From positions 1 to 64,000 of the forward strand of contig JAAOMT010000768.1 in the NCBI GenBank assembly GCA_016748015.1: a DNA stretch of 64,000 nucleotides. The letters run 5' to 3'. This document shows, piece after piece, positions 49,150 through 62,118 of this stretch (positions are counted from its first letter, which is position 1; each line of letters opens with the position of its first letter). The stretch comes from Geosiphon pyriformis uo1 (Eukaryota; Fungi; Glomeromycota). Both the position numbers and the translations under genes were made by a program. The notes beneath the pieces are model-generated. The model was not told where the DNA came from and ran no database searches. It saw nothing but the letters and a program-made list of their open reading frames with translations.

Positions 49150-51495
49150 TAAAATTAAGCAAAAAAAAAGTTTTTATGTTTTTGGTTATATTTTTATAAT
49201 TATTTTACACTTTTTGTCTTTTTAATTTTATGATCATAATTAGAACAAAAAATAAAGAAGCTGTATCTAATATCTGTTCTGAGATATTTAATAAAATTTC
49301 AACCAAAAAAGCTTTTTCTGTTGTGGAAGCAACCAGGCAAAACGTATTAGAAATCTTTCTTTTACTTAATAATCATAAAAAACTGCTTTTGGTAGTTATT
49401 GAAGCAACTTCCTCATCTTTAGCTGGTTTTTTACCAGTCAAAATTCTTTCAAAGAGATATACTTAAATTAGTTTTAGTGTTGTCTCTACCCCAACTAAGA
49501 ATCCAAAAGTTTTTAATAATAAATTAATCAATAAGCTGGTTTTTTTTTCTTTAGTTTTAATATCTGGTGCTGTTAGTACCATCTCTTCAAAAAATAGTCA
49601 AAAAAACCAAAAGTTTAGATAAATAAAAGCAGTTATTTGCCTTTGCTATTATTATACTGAATTCTTTTGTAGTTCTCAATAAGATCTTAAATGAGATCTT
49701 TATAATATTATCTAGCATATTATTCAAAATAGACCAAGATTAATCACTGGTTATATTGTCAAATATAGTGTTTTTTGGTAGATTATTACTGGTTTTAGAA
49801 GCAAAACAATTATCTTCTGTAATATTATCTGTTCTTGAAAACTGAACTAATCAAATAAAAACTGAATTATCTTCTTTTCTGGTTTCTGGTACTGTCTCTG
49901 GTGGTGCTTGGAAAACTATTACTAGTTATCAAAGATTTGCTGAGTAGATGACCTCTATTTTGGTGTTTGGTATTATTTTTAAGATTAAATTGGCTTATAT
50001 TAAAGCTGTTTTTCAGTCTGTATATGGTTTTTTGAGCATAAAGTTAATATTAAAAGATAATATGAAGCTTTTTTGTATAAAGTTTGCTTCTTAAGTGTCT
50101 TTAAAAGCTACATTTTTGGTTGAGTTTACAAGTTTTGTTCATTTAATTACTCTTAAAATTGCTAAGTCTTTGGGGTTTCTGAATCTAGTTTTTCTTATGC
50201 TGCTGTTGTACTATGTGATATGCCTTTGGGTGTGTCTGCTATTGACATTAAAACAGTTCTTAATATATTTGATAGTATTACTTGTATTATACTAAAGTCT
50301 GCTAGTATTTGGCAATATGTAGTTGTTTATTTTGAAAAGTTAGATTCTGCTATATCTGCTTTGAATTATTAGTTAGTTTTGGTAGACAAAAATAGTATTA
50401 GAATCCTCTTCTTGGTAAATCAGAATAAGACTATTTTGTTTTATAATAAGTTTAAGACCAAACTGGTCAACCTTTTTTCTGGCTGTACTGCCTTTTAAAT
50501 TAGTAATATAATCTCTTAGGTGATAATCAGATGTGTTTTATTCTTTAGTTTTCTGATTCTGGTTATTATTTTTGGTTTGCTCTGATTATGTTTGGTTCTC
50601 AAATTGATTTGGATTCTGCTGTTATTAAAATTAGTACACTGAAAAAGTGCCATATTTGGTAAAAGACTTCTGGTTGCTGGTGCTGTTTTATATGTCAAAA
50701 AATAAGTCATTTGGCTGTGAACTGCAAAGTGTCTCCACTTTTTTTCTTTAAGGCTTCCAAGATATTCAAACTACATTTTGTGAGAACTGTTTTTTATGTT
50801 AAAGCCTCTGTTTCTTTTGACTCTTCTGAGTTTTTTTTTGATAGCTTTGACATCTTTTTCTGTAGCTGTTGGTGATCCTTTGGTTTTTTCTCAGTTAGCT
50901 TCTCTGAAAGCTGATTTGGCTAAGCTTTCTGTTTTGGTTGAGTCTATTGTTAAGCTAGTTGGTTTTTTAATCAAAACATTTAAACAATTCATTAATAGAG
51001 ATTTGGTTTCAAGTAGTGCTCTTGGTCTTAAAATTAATGAGGTTTTGGTGCATATGAGTTTCTTTAATAAGACTTTTAATAAGCTAAAAAGAGAAGTAGT
51101 TTCTTTAAAAAAAAGAGTACTGTATAGATAATATTGATATGTCTAATAATTTGGTGTATCTAATTGGCTTGAATAATGATACATTTTCTAATTTAATATC
51201 TTTTTGGGCTCATGAGCTTGTTCATATCAAAACTAATCTCTTGAAAATAGCTGAATGGCTAGTTGAATTGGTTTCTAGTAGTGTTACTTTGTTTAATATT
51301 GTTCAAAAAATGTTATTTTTGGATAAATTTTCTTCTGTTGTATTAATATAATATAGCCTAAACTGGCTTGAATAGCTGGTTATATGTAAAAAGTACATGA
51401 GTTTCATCTAATTTAGAATACTTAGTTTGTTTTAAAGTATTAGATAAAAGTTGGGTCTTATTTGTTAAACTTTAATAAAATAAAAATAAAAAATA
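49150..51495 (+). mobile_element. ORF1-only non-autonomous LINE derivative (HAL1-like)
   Basis: Decayed ORF1 49230-51351 with CFICQKISHLAVNC knuckle (~50685-50725) and coiled coil, followed directly by the shared LINE 3' UTR and A-tail; no EN/RT. Confidence 0.7.
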
Positions 51496-51499
51496 AATT

Positions 51500-53087
51500 T
51501 ATTTTACAAAACAATAATTTTTTGGTTTTAAAATTAACAATTATTATTAATATTAATATAATTAAAAAAATCAGCAAAAAAAACTACTTATAATTTTACA
51601 AATAGTATCTTTATATAAAAATCTAAAGTTTTAATTAAAAATATTAAGTATTTAAATAATAAAATAAATTTAACTTTAAAAATACTTTTAAATAATAATA
51701 ATACTAAATAGTTTGAAAATATAAAAACTAATTTTGTAAAAAAAATCAAAATTTTTTTCAAAAATTAATATTAATTATAAAACAAAAATAAGATTTTTTT
51801 AAACTTAATTAAATATTTCTAAAACTAAAAAGATAAATACAAACAAAATAATAATTTTTTTATTTAGTATTATTGTTTTTAACATAAATAAAAATAAAAT
51901 TTATTTTTTATTTTTATATTCTATTGCTTTAAAATCTAAATAATTAAATTTAAAAATTGTTATAAAATTTTTTTTTGCTTTAAATATTAATCTATTAACA
52001 ATTAAAAAAACACAATTTTTATAAATTAAAAATACAATATTTTTATACAAAGAATTACAATATTTATTATATTAAAATTATATAAAAAGAATCATATTAT
52101 TAAAGTTAATTTAATAAATATTAATTAAAATAAAAGTTTTATAATCAGCTTAATTATAATTAAATTATGATACTATTTAATTAAAAATCCAAATAAATAC
52201 AAAAAAAATTTAGTAAACTAAAAAATACTAATAAAAATTAAGAATTAATATCTGTAATTTAATAATAATAAATTTTATTATATTTAAAAAATTTTATATA
52301 TCTTTATTTAAATAATTTAATATTTTAAATTTGTAATTATTATTTAAAAATATTATTAAAAAATATAATTAGTTCATTTGCTTTTAATTATATTAATTAT
52401 TATTATAATTAATATTATTAATAATTAATATTTTAAATCAAGTTATTTAAATTTAATTATATATATTATTAATTTTTAAAAAAATAATATATTAAATAAA
52501 TTTATTAAATTAATTAATTTAATTAGTAATTTACTTAAGAATAATAATTAATCTATTAATATTATATAATATAAATCAATAATACATAAAACCAAAACAA
52601 TTTTGTTATACTTAAAAATAATTTAGTTACATAACTAATCATATATACATAAAAATTATATTATTTAATAATCTGGAATCTTAAATGACTACTTTTATAA
52701 AATTTAAAATATAGCTATTTTTCTAACAAAAACTTTATTTAATGTAAAATAACATTTGTGGTTCCAAATATAAGAATTAAATTTATGATTTTAAAAATAA
52801 ATTTATTGGTTTTTATTATGAAGTTAACTTTTTCAAGTTTAAAAACATGTAAAAAACTCAACTTATTATTTTAATTCATTTTTATATTGCTTATTTTTGA
52901 CTTTAATTATTATTGAAAAGCTTTCATTTAAATTAAACTACAATGTTGTTTTTGTTATTTGTGTCAAAAATAATTTATTATATTGTAATATCCATTCTTA
53001 AATTTTTGAGATTTTTGGTATTTTATCTGATTTTAGTTCACTATTATCTACAAATTTTTTTAATTTATTATTTATTTTTTTAGCTAT
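51500..53087. other. Extremely AT-rich non-coding tract
   Basis: Very few G/C; no recognisable ORF. Confidence 0.6.
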
Positions 53088-53971
53088 TATTACTCATAAA
53101 AATTTAGAAATTCTTAATAAGAATATAAAATAGCCAATTAAAAAGAGGCATAATAAGAAAAAAATTTCAAAATTCCTTTCAAAAAATTTCAGAAATTTAA
53201 GATTCTTTTTAAAAAATTACAAAATTTCAGAAATTCTAAGATTTCTGGTTAAAAAAATTAAAAAATTCAAGAAATCTCATATAATATTAAATATATATAT
53301 ATAATAAGAGTGTTAAAAGCAGAAAAAAGCAGAATTCAGTTCAAAATCAATATTTTTAATCAATAAATTATTTCATATCTCTTTCTTTAACAATAATTTT
53401 CTACAATCTAAAGTGAAATCAAATCACATATAAATAAAATATTAATTATTATCCGAATTTATGCTATCATTACTTGATTAAAATATCTTAAAAAAATCAT
53501 TTTTAATCTATTAACACTTTATGTTGATAAAATCCAATACTTAATTATATTAAACCAATAGCTCTTAATTGTAATTATTAATAGAATACTAATTTTTTAT
53601 TTTTATTTTTTTTTATTTTTTTTATTTTTTTTATTTTTATTTTTTGTTTTCATTGTTGTTTATTAAACTGATTAAAAAATTATCACATAGAATTATTGAC
53701 ATTAAAGAAACTGGTAAAAGACCCAGAAATAAGAATAAACACTCAGAATTAAAAATAGCTTATCAGAAAGAACTGGTCATTAAGCTGAAAAAAAAATATA
53801 CTTCTGAGAGAATACTAAAACAACTATTGAATTTCTGTTCATTATATAAAAGACTCAAACCAAAACTTTCAGATCACAAAAATTTTCAGATATTATCAAC
53901 TATACTAGTTATTAAGCACTAAATTACAAGTTTTTTATTTGTTTTAATACTCCAAATAATTATCTGTAATA
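53088..53971 (+). repeat. Solo LTR, family-A-like
   Basis: TATTACTC...TGTAATA (mutated termini); TSD CTAT/CTGT; aligns to element 1 LTR. Confidence 0.85.
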
Positions 53972-55535
53972 CTGTTATTTAATTTTTAGCATGTATATTT
54001 CCAAGCAAAAACATTTGTTTAAGCATTTATTTGACTGCATTCAATATTTATTGTCTTTATTTTAATTATTAAATACTATGTTTTTACATAAAGCTCATTT
54101 TTTATTTTAAGAATAATCAATATTAATAACAGATTTTATAACTGCAGATGCATTTTGTTCTGGATTTTATATTTATTTAATATTTGTATGTTAATTAAAA
54201 AATTATATATATACTTATGTATTTTTATATTTTTAGCAATAGGTTTTAGTGTATAATCTATAATATATACATATATATAATCTTTAGATTAAAGTAATTA
54301 GTTTATTTATATAATGATTTTTTGAATAATTTTAAAACTTTTTTTTATTGTTATTTTTAAGATATAATGTTATATTAGTGCATTAATATGCTCTTAATAT
54401 TGCTTTCCAAGTATAAAATTCTTTTTTATTTATTTTATAAATGAGTAAATATATTATAACAAGCATGTAATAAAATTTTATTATTAAATTGTTTTAACTT
54501 ATTTAAGTAATAAACATATTTTGTCAATTAACTAATAAATTTATTATTATTTTGTGTTTTTTAATTGGTTGTTTAAATATTTATTCTATTTTATAAAAAT
54601 TGGTCTATTTACTTAAAGTATAAATAAAATTCAAAAACATCTGACTGTTTAATATTATGTATTAAAACAATAGATGCTTATAATCAAATAGTATTATGCT
54701 ATCTATATGTATTATAATATTAACTTTGTTTTAAATACTATTAGCCAATTAATTTTTATAATGTTATAATATATTTTTTTCTTTGTAAAAATCAAAAATA
54801 AATATGTTATTATTTATTTATTGTAGTGCCAAAGTTTTTTGACCTTTTTTTGTTAACACAAATAAAATAAAGTTATTAGTTCTAGAAATCTTAATTGTTA
54901 ATACAACTATTATATTTTTTCTAATCTTAAAAAAAATAGATCTGAATATAACTTTAATTAATAGTTTTTTGATTATATTATTATTATTGAAACCAAAAGC
55001 AGCTGATCCAGAATATACTGATTTTTTTCCAAAAATATTATACTATATATTATTAATTACTTGAGATAAAATTGGAAAAATCTTATTAGTTTTACTTTTA
55101 TTAGTACAAACAAATTTTGTTAATAGATTTTTCTTATTTTAAACAACTGTTATAATAAATTAACATTGATTGAACACATTGCTAACATATATATAGAGTT
55201 AGTATAATATAGATAAAAAAGTAGTATTGTCATTTTTTAATCACTAAAACATCTATCAATTATAAATATAAAAATTATAATATAAATTAGGTAATATTAT
55301 ACCCTCTGTAAACAAAAAAATAGTTTTTAAAAGTAAGTTTTGCATGTTTAATAGTAGTTATAAAAACCAGAATTGGCATTTATATTTGAGAATTTTTTAT
55401 TAATTAAATAGATGTCATATTTTTCTATTTAATATTGATTATTTTATATTTTTAACTAGCAAATTATCAATTAATATATATTGTTACAGTTGAAACTTAT
55501 ACTTTTTTTTAATTATTACATATATTAATCACTGA

Positions 55536-58500
55536 TGTCATATAATTAGCCATCTTATTTTTAGATAGTAATTATTGATTTGATTAATGATTTGACTGTT
55601 GACCTAATTATTAACCTAATTAATGACCTAACTATTGATCTAATCATTGACCTAATTATTGACTTAGTTGTTGACTTGATTATTAACTATTTTTGATAGC
55701 TATATAAGTAATGAATCTCTTAGCTATAAAAAAGGCATATCAAAAATACAAAACATGTCAGAAATCAAGGAAATTAAATAATTAAAATAACAACTTTTAT
55801 CTCAATTTTTTTTTTATTGCTAGTTTTTTTTTCCTACTTTCAAGTATCTGAACATCTTGGAATAAAAGATTACTTGTTGGTTATTCTCTATTCTTTTCCT
55901 GAAATGTGTAATTGTAGTATTTGAAAATTATTAAATAAAACATGACTAAAAAGTACATTTAATACCTGATATTGAATTCTAAGAGCACCAACATGAGGCA
56001 TAGAATTATACTAATGTGTAATCATTTGTTGATAATACAAACTATCTTTTTATTTTTAGATTTTCCAATTATCTTTTGAAAAGTATAGTGACTGAGATAT
56101 TTTATGAGACTGATCTTACACATTGAATTCATACTTATTTAATTTGTTTTTTGAAGTTGAATTCCCTTTGATTCTTTTTATTACCCTACAATTTTGTTCT
56201 TCTTTGCTATCTATTAGCTTGTTACTTCAATTTATAACATAAAAGTGGTGCTCCCTGTAAGGTTGTCAAAATTCACTTTGTTTTCTATTGTATAGGTAAT
56301 TATTCATACTTGTCACAACAAAAATGATCCAAACTTTATTGAACTCAATTCTTTGCTCTTTTGCTTAATTTGCTTCTCCATTGAAAAACAATCTAGCAGA
56401 CAATTCTAAGACTTTTGGAACTGGTTCTTAAATGAGCATTCAGTTAAAATCTACATATTCTATACAATCTATTACTTTAACCAAGCTTATTTTGAAGACA
56501 ACTTTGAAGAAAAAAACAACAGTATTAATCAGCTTTTATACTCCACAATATTTGAAAAACAGTCTCTTAATTTTGAATACTTAAATCACCAAATTCACAT
56601 TTGAATTGTTGCCTATTAGCTAGCTGAAACACCCTTTGAAACAAAAGAAGAAAGTTATCAAACTGCTTCTGTTTTTGATTTCTTTTCAAGTGAATTAAAA
56701 CACTTCATATAAACAGCTATTTCTGAACCAATGACTAATAACCTTATACAACAAAACATTCTGATTACTTTTTAAGGCATACAAACTGCTTTAGGACAAA
56801 AAAACAATACCTCATTATCATTATTTAGAGATAATGCACAAAATCCAATTGAATGGTTGGATGACTTTGAAAGAGCTACTACAGCCAATTAATATAATAA
56901 TAAATACAAATTTCAAATCATTGGTGGCTATCTTTAAGACTCTCCTGCTACTTGGTTCTTATAAGAAACCAATGCCAATACTTAACAAAGAATCATTAGA
57001 TAAACACCATGAAATACTGGAAAAGACATCTCTTTTACTATTCAGTTTGAAACAAAATTTAGAATTCTTATCTTGATATTCAAATAGCATATAGAATTAA
57101 AAAAAAAAACTTAAGGTCTTGCTAAAATTGTAACTGAATATGCCAAAGCAATCAGAAAGTTAATTAAGCAGGTAGACTTTAGAAGAAACTGGACAAAAAA
57201 GCAGAAAATTCACTCCTTTACAAAAAGATTGAGAATTGATCTCTCATATGCTTTTTGGTCTCTTCTGGCTCTAAAAAACAATTCTATAATAGACATGATC
57301 ATTAAACTTGTCCAATGAATTAAAGACAACCAAAGGATGCACTTGAAATCTACACTACCAGTTTTTGTTTCTGCTTCTGCTCCTCAAATAGTTGCTACTT
57401 TTTTCACTGCCCAGACTCTAAATTCCAATGAACAATTGAAAATAAATTTACAGCCAATCTTGCCTAGTTGTTAGAGCCCTTAGCCCAAACAATTAGAAAA
57501 AATCAACAACTCTAAAGACCCAGATTTAAACCCTATTTTAATTAACTCCAACAACTTCTTTATCAAAGACAGCAAAATTGTGGCCCACTTGTGTACTATT
57601 GCTGTGAATTAACTAAACACATCTTCAGAGATTGCAACAATCTTTCATTGTCTCCTCCAGTTCTTAGAAACAATGACAATCAAAACAACAAAACTATTAA
57701 CAACAATGCCCTTAATTAAAGACCTAATCATGTCAACATCAATTTTTTTGGAAAGGATCTCTTAATTAAAACCACTGTTTATTAGCCTTTAAACTGGTAA
57801 GCATATTTCTAAAAAGTGAAAGTGCAAGCCAACCAGAAGAAAACTTTTTTTATACTTTTAACCTAACTGATAATAATTATAATATAAATAAACTAGTAAT
57901 CAATATCTTTGAATTAACAAGAAAGAAAAAAAAAGCCAAGATTGATTTCAATCTGGATTCAAACAAACTATCTACATTAATTGCTAATAACAATAAGCCA
58001 CTAAAGGCTAAAGTTTTTAAAAATCCTCCAAAGTTGGAACTCCCAAAAATAATACAAAAATCTGGTCTTTATTTTATTGTTAAGGATTTCATAGAAATCC
58101 TAGCACATATTACATTTGTCCAATTAATGACTTATTCACAGTTTAAAAAAAATTTTTACAAATTATTAATTCCAAAGAAAAAAACACCAAAGATCAACAA
58201 ACACCTTTGCCAAGCTAAACTTGCTAACAACAACAATATTACCCCTCTCATTTGCAAAACCCAAGTGGCTGGTTATTTTATTAACTTAATCCTAAACAGT
58301 AGATCATCTGTTAGTGTAATTGCCAAACACTTTTTAAAAGCCATTAAAAGAAAGATTAATGAACTTTTTATTCAGCCTATAACCAATGTACATAGTGACA
58401 AGAAAAAAGGCCTGGGCATAGTCAAAGCTGTTCTTGTTTGCATTAATAACATCAGCATTGAAACTGACATAGAAGTATCTGAAGCAAAAGAGTACACCAT

Positions 58501-61215
58501 TATTGTTGGCAATGAATGACTTAAGAAAGCCAAAGCACTACTTGACTATAAACTTTGTAAGCTAACCATCAGATGTGATGAAAAGCCCATTATGGTTAAA
58601 TGTTATTATTAAACAACTCCTCTAGTACCCAAGCAAAACCAAAAAGAAAAACAATCAGATAATAATGAGAGTGATAATGAAAAAGATCAAAAAGAACAAA
58701 AAAAAACTGCTGAACTTATTTATACTATCTTCATCAGCAATGGCAAATTATTAAATAATGTCAAAGTTAACAAAAAAGGAATTATTATAAATGGCAAGCT
58801 GATCTGTTGGCCTTATTATAATATCTTCAGAAAAATCTTTGATAGAAAACCTGGCAAAAAAGCCAAATACAATTATTGGTGGCATAGTTTTTGTGTTAGA
58901 TGCTGGTATAATAAACTTTTGTGTTCTCCTAGTGATAAATACAAGTCTTGTCTAATCTATTACAAAAATTGAAAATCAATTAGTTTGATATCCAAAGAAG
59001 AAATAAAAGAAGTGCAGAAATCTTTTAAGAATAAACCATTTAAAATTCAATCACTTACAGTAAAACAAAAAGAACCCTTCCTAGAAGAAAGAAAAATAGA
59101 CATTAAAAATCTGTTGGCTAAAAATAGTCTAGTTATCTTAAAAGAAGATAATACTTCTGGACAAACCTATGTGATACAACATACTATTACCATCAAAAAA
59201 ACTTATCTCATCTATTTAAAGCCTTATCAATTCAATTGACACAATGATGAGTTTATTAAGAAAAAAATAAACTGAATAAAAAATTTTAGATTTATACAAA
59301 AAACCAAGAATAAATGAGCTTTTTCAGTTGTAATAATATCCAAAAAAGATAGAATCCTATGTTTCTGTGTCAACTATTACTAATTAAATATTATTACTAT
59401 AAAAGACATATACTCACTCTCTAAAATTGATGCAATGCTAAACAAATTCAATAGTACTGTTTTTTTTTCAACAAAATACTTAACTACTGGATTCTGGCAA
59501 GTAAAAATGGATTCAGAAAGCAGAAAAAAAACTGCTTTCATTACCAAATATGACACCTATAAATTCACAGTTATGCTTTTTGGTCTTATCAATGTCTTTT
59601 CCACCTTTCAACACCTAATAAACAAAGTATTCAAATTAATAAAAGAAAACTTTGTTCTAGTTTATTTGGATGACATAATGGTATACTCAAAAACCTGAAA
59701 TAAATATCTTAAACACTTGCAAAAGATTTTTGATTTCCTTAGAAATGTTGGTCTTAAGATAAACCTAATCAAATCTTTTTTTAGACAACAATCCACCCAA
59801 TTTTTTGGTCATTTTATTACAAAAAATAGAATTTTCTCTGACTTAGCTAAAGTTAAAAAAGTTCAGAACATTAAACAATCAATAAATATTTCTAAACTAC
59901 ATTCTTTCCTTGGTTTGGCTTTTTACTATCGCAAATTTATTAAGAATTTTTTCAAAATTGTCTTTTTTTTCAATTAGCTACTTAGGAAAAATATCAATTA
60001 TTATTAAGACACTCATCAACAAAAAGCTTTTGAAACTTTAAAGAAAAAACTTGTTACTAAACCAATTCTGAAACAATCTGACCTGGACTAATTTTTTATC
60101 CTATATATTAATGCATCTGGCTATGAATTTGGTGCTGTTCTTTTTCAAAAAGGTAAAGATAACAAAAAACATGCTATAGCATATGCCAGTAGAACTCTTA
60201 CACCAGTAGAAAAGAACTATTCAATTATTAAATAAGAATGCTTAACAGTAGTTTAGGCTACTAGTTACTGGAATTAATATTTTTTTGGTGTGAAATTTTT
60301 AGTAATAACAGATTATTAAGCCTTAGTTTGGCTGTGCAATAAAAAAAAGCTGGAATACAAACAAATAACTTGTTAAATACTTCATCTGGATGAATTTAAC
60401 TATGATATTCAATACTGCAAAAGATTAAATTATCAAAACACTAACACTTTTTCTAGATTTATCATTCAGTAATAGTATAACTTTTCAATCAAACCAACTT
60501 AATTATTAGTAACTTTCTTATAAACAAACATAATAATAGACTTAGATAATTACTTTGTCTTAATAAAATTTTTGAGTAAAAGACAATATCCATCAGATTA
60601 CACTTGACAGCAAAGAAAACATTTGCACAAACAATTAAATTTCTATTTGATTTGCCAAAACCAATTTTACAAAAGAAATAAAAAAGATTCTAATTGTTTT
60701 TAGAGAATTATTAGATTTGAAGAAAAAAAAATTGTGATCTATAACATGCATACTGATTTATTAACTGGACACTTGGAAAAACAAAAACAATTCAAAAAAC
60801 TTTAGCTCATTATTATTGGCTTACATTAGGAAAAGACATTGTTAAATACATAAAAATTTGTAATATTTGTTAAAGAAAAGACAAACCCAATCACAAAGAA
60901 GATATCCATTCAATTTTTGTTAGTCAACCATTTAACAGAATTGGTATAAATGTTATTAGACTTTTAATTATAATTCCTAATGGCAACAGATATATTATCA
61001 CAGCTACTAACTATTTTACAAAGTAGATAGAAGCAAGAACCACTCCTAACCAAACAGCAGTTTTAATAGCCAATTTTATTTATGAAGATATTATTTGTCA
61101 TCATAGCTGTCCCAAAAAACTTTTATTTGATAAAAGAAGAGCTTTTCTCAATATATTAATTAAAAAACTTTGTAGAAAAATAAGAATACATTATAAACTT
61201 TCCTCCTTTTACCAC
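55536..61215 (+). mobile_element. Gypsy element 5 (family D), interrupted in its integrase by element 6; lacks dUTPase
   Basis: 5' LTR 55536-56239 (TGTCA...TAACA); PBS 56246-56262; gag; PR LILNSRSSVSVI ~58290; RT VYLDDI ~59665; RNase H; IN from 60536 broken at SSFYH. Confidence 0.88.
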
Positions 61216-62118
61216 TGTTATCAATAATTATTTGGGGTCTCAAGTCAAATAACAAATCCATAACTTGGTGCTTGGTTGGTATTCTGGTGTTGATATTTGA
61301 AGGTTTGTTTGGTCTGAAGGTTTTGTTGTGGAGTTTTTTGTATAATAGACAGAAAGTTGATTAATAGTTTTATCTATAGCTTCCCAAAACTGCAGTTTTG
61401 TTAAATTTTTTTCTCAGCATGGTGGCCGATAATCCTCCTGATAAGCTATCCTCAAATCTATGAGTGTTTTACTCTTGTTTTACAGGTCTTTTACCAGTCA
61501 CTATAACATCTGTATCTCAGTGCTTAATTTTTAATCGATTTAATAAATCCAAAGAAATAACAAAAGAAATAAAAAAAATAAAAGAAGATAAAGAAGTTAA
61601 CAAAAGCAATTGCAAGTTAGTATTCTGTCAATAGCTGTGATCAAGAGCTATTGTTCTAGTGTGGTTAAGTATCAATTACTATCAACATGAAGTGTTGATA
61701 GTGAAGAGTGAATTAAGATAGTAAATATTTATTTATTGATATTTGTAAATAAAAGGTTGCTTAAATCAAATCTAAACTGAGAGATTTCTAATGGAAGGAT
61801 TCTTTTTTTTCTACTTCTAACACTATTACTATATACACATAATTGATATTTTATGAGATTGCTTACATTCCCGAGTGATGTGCTATGATTTCTTGAGCAA
61901 TGCTCACATTGCTGAACAATTTGCCCTAATTTTCTAACATTGCTTCACATTGCTGAGCAATGTGCCATGTTTTTCTGACATTGTTTCACATTGCTGAGCA
62001 ATATGCCATGATTTTTGTCATTGCTCTACATTGCTGAGCAATGTGTTCATGTACTACATACTATTCTCTTATTAGTCTACTATTTTTTTATATCTGTTTT
62101 CTTTTTCTATAAGTAATA
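61216..62118 (-). repeat. 3' LTR of element 6
   Basis: TGTTAT...GTAATA; central part aligns with family A LTR; own U3 repeat array. Confidence 0.85.

Noticed and set aside
53972-55535. Possible decayed coding or TE remnant
   Set aside because: No motif could be recognised in any frame
61860-62050. CRISPR-like palindromic repeats at ~40-bp period
   Set aside because: Spacers resemble each other, the array lies inside an LTR U3, there are no cas genes, and the context is eukaryotic
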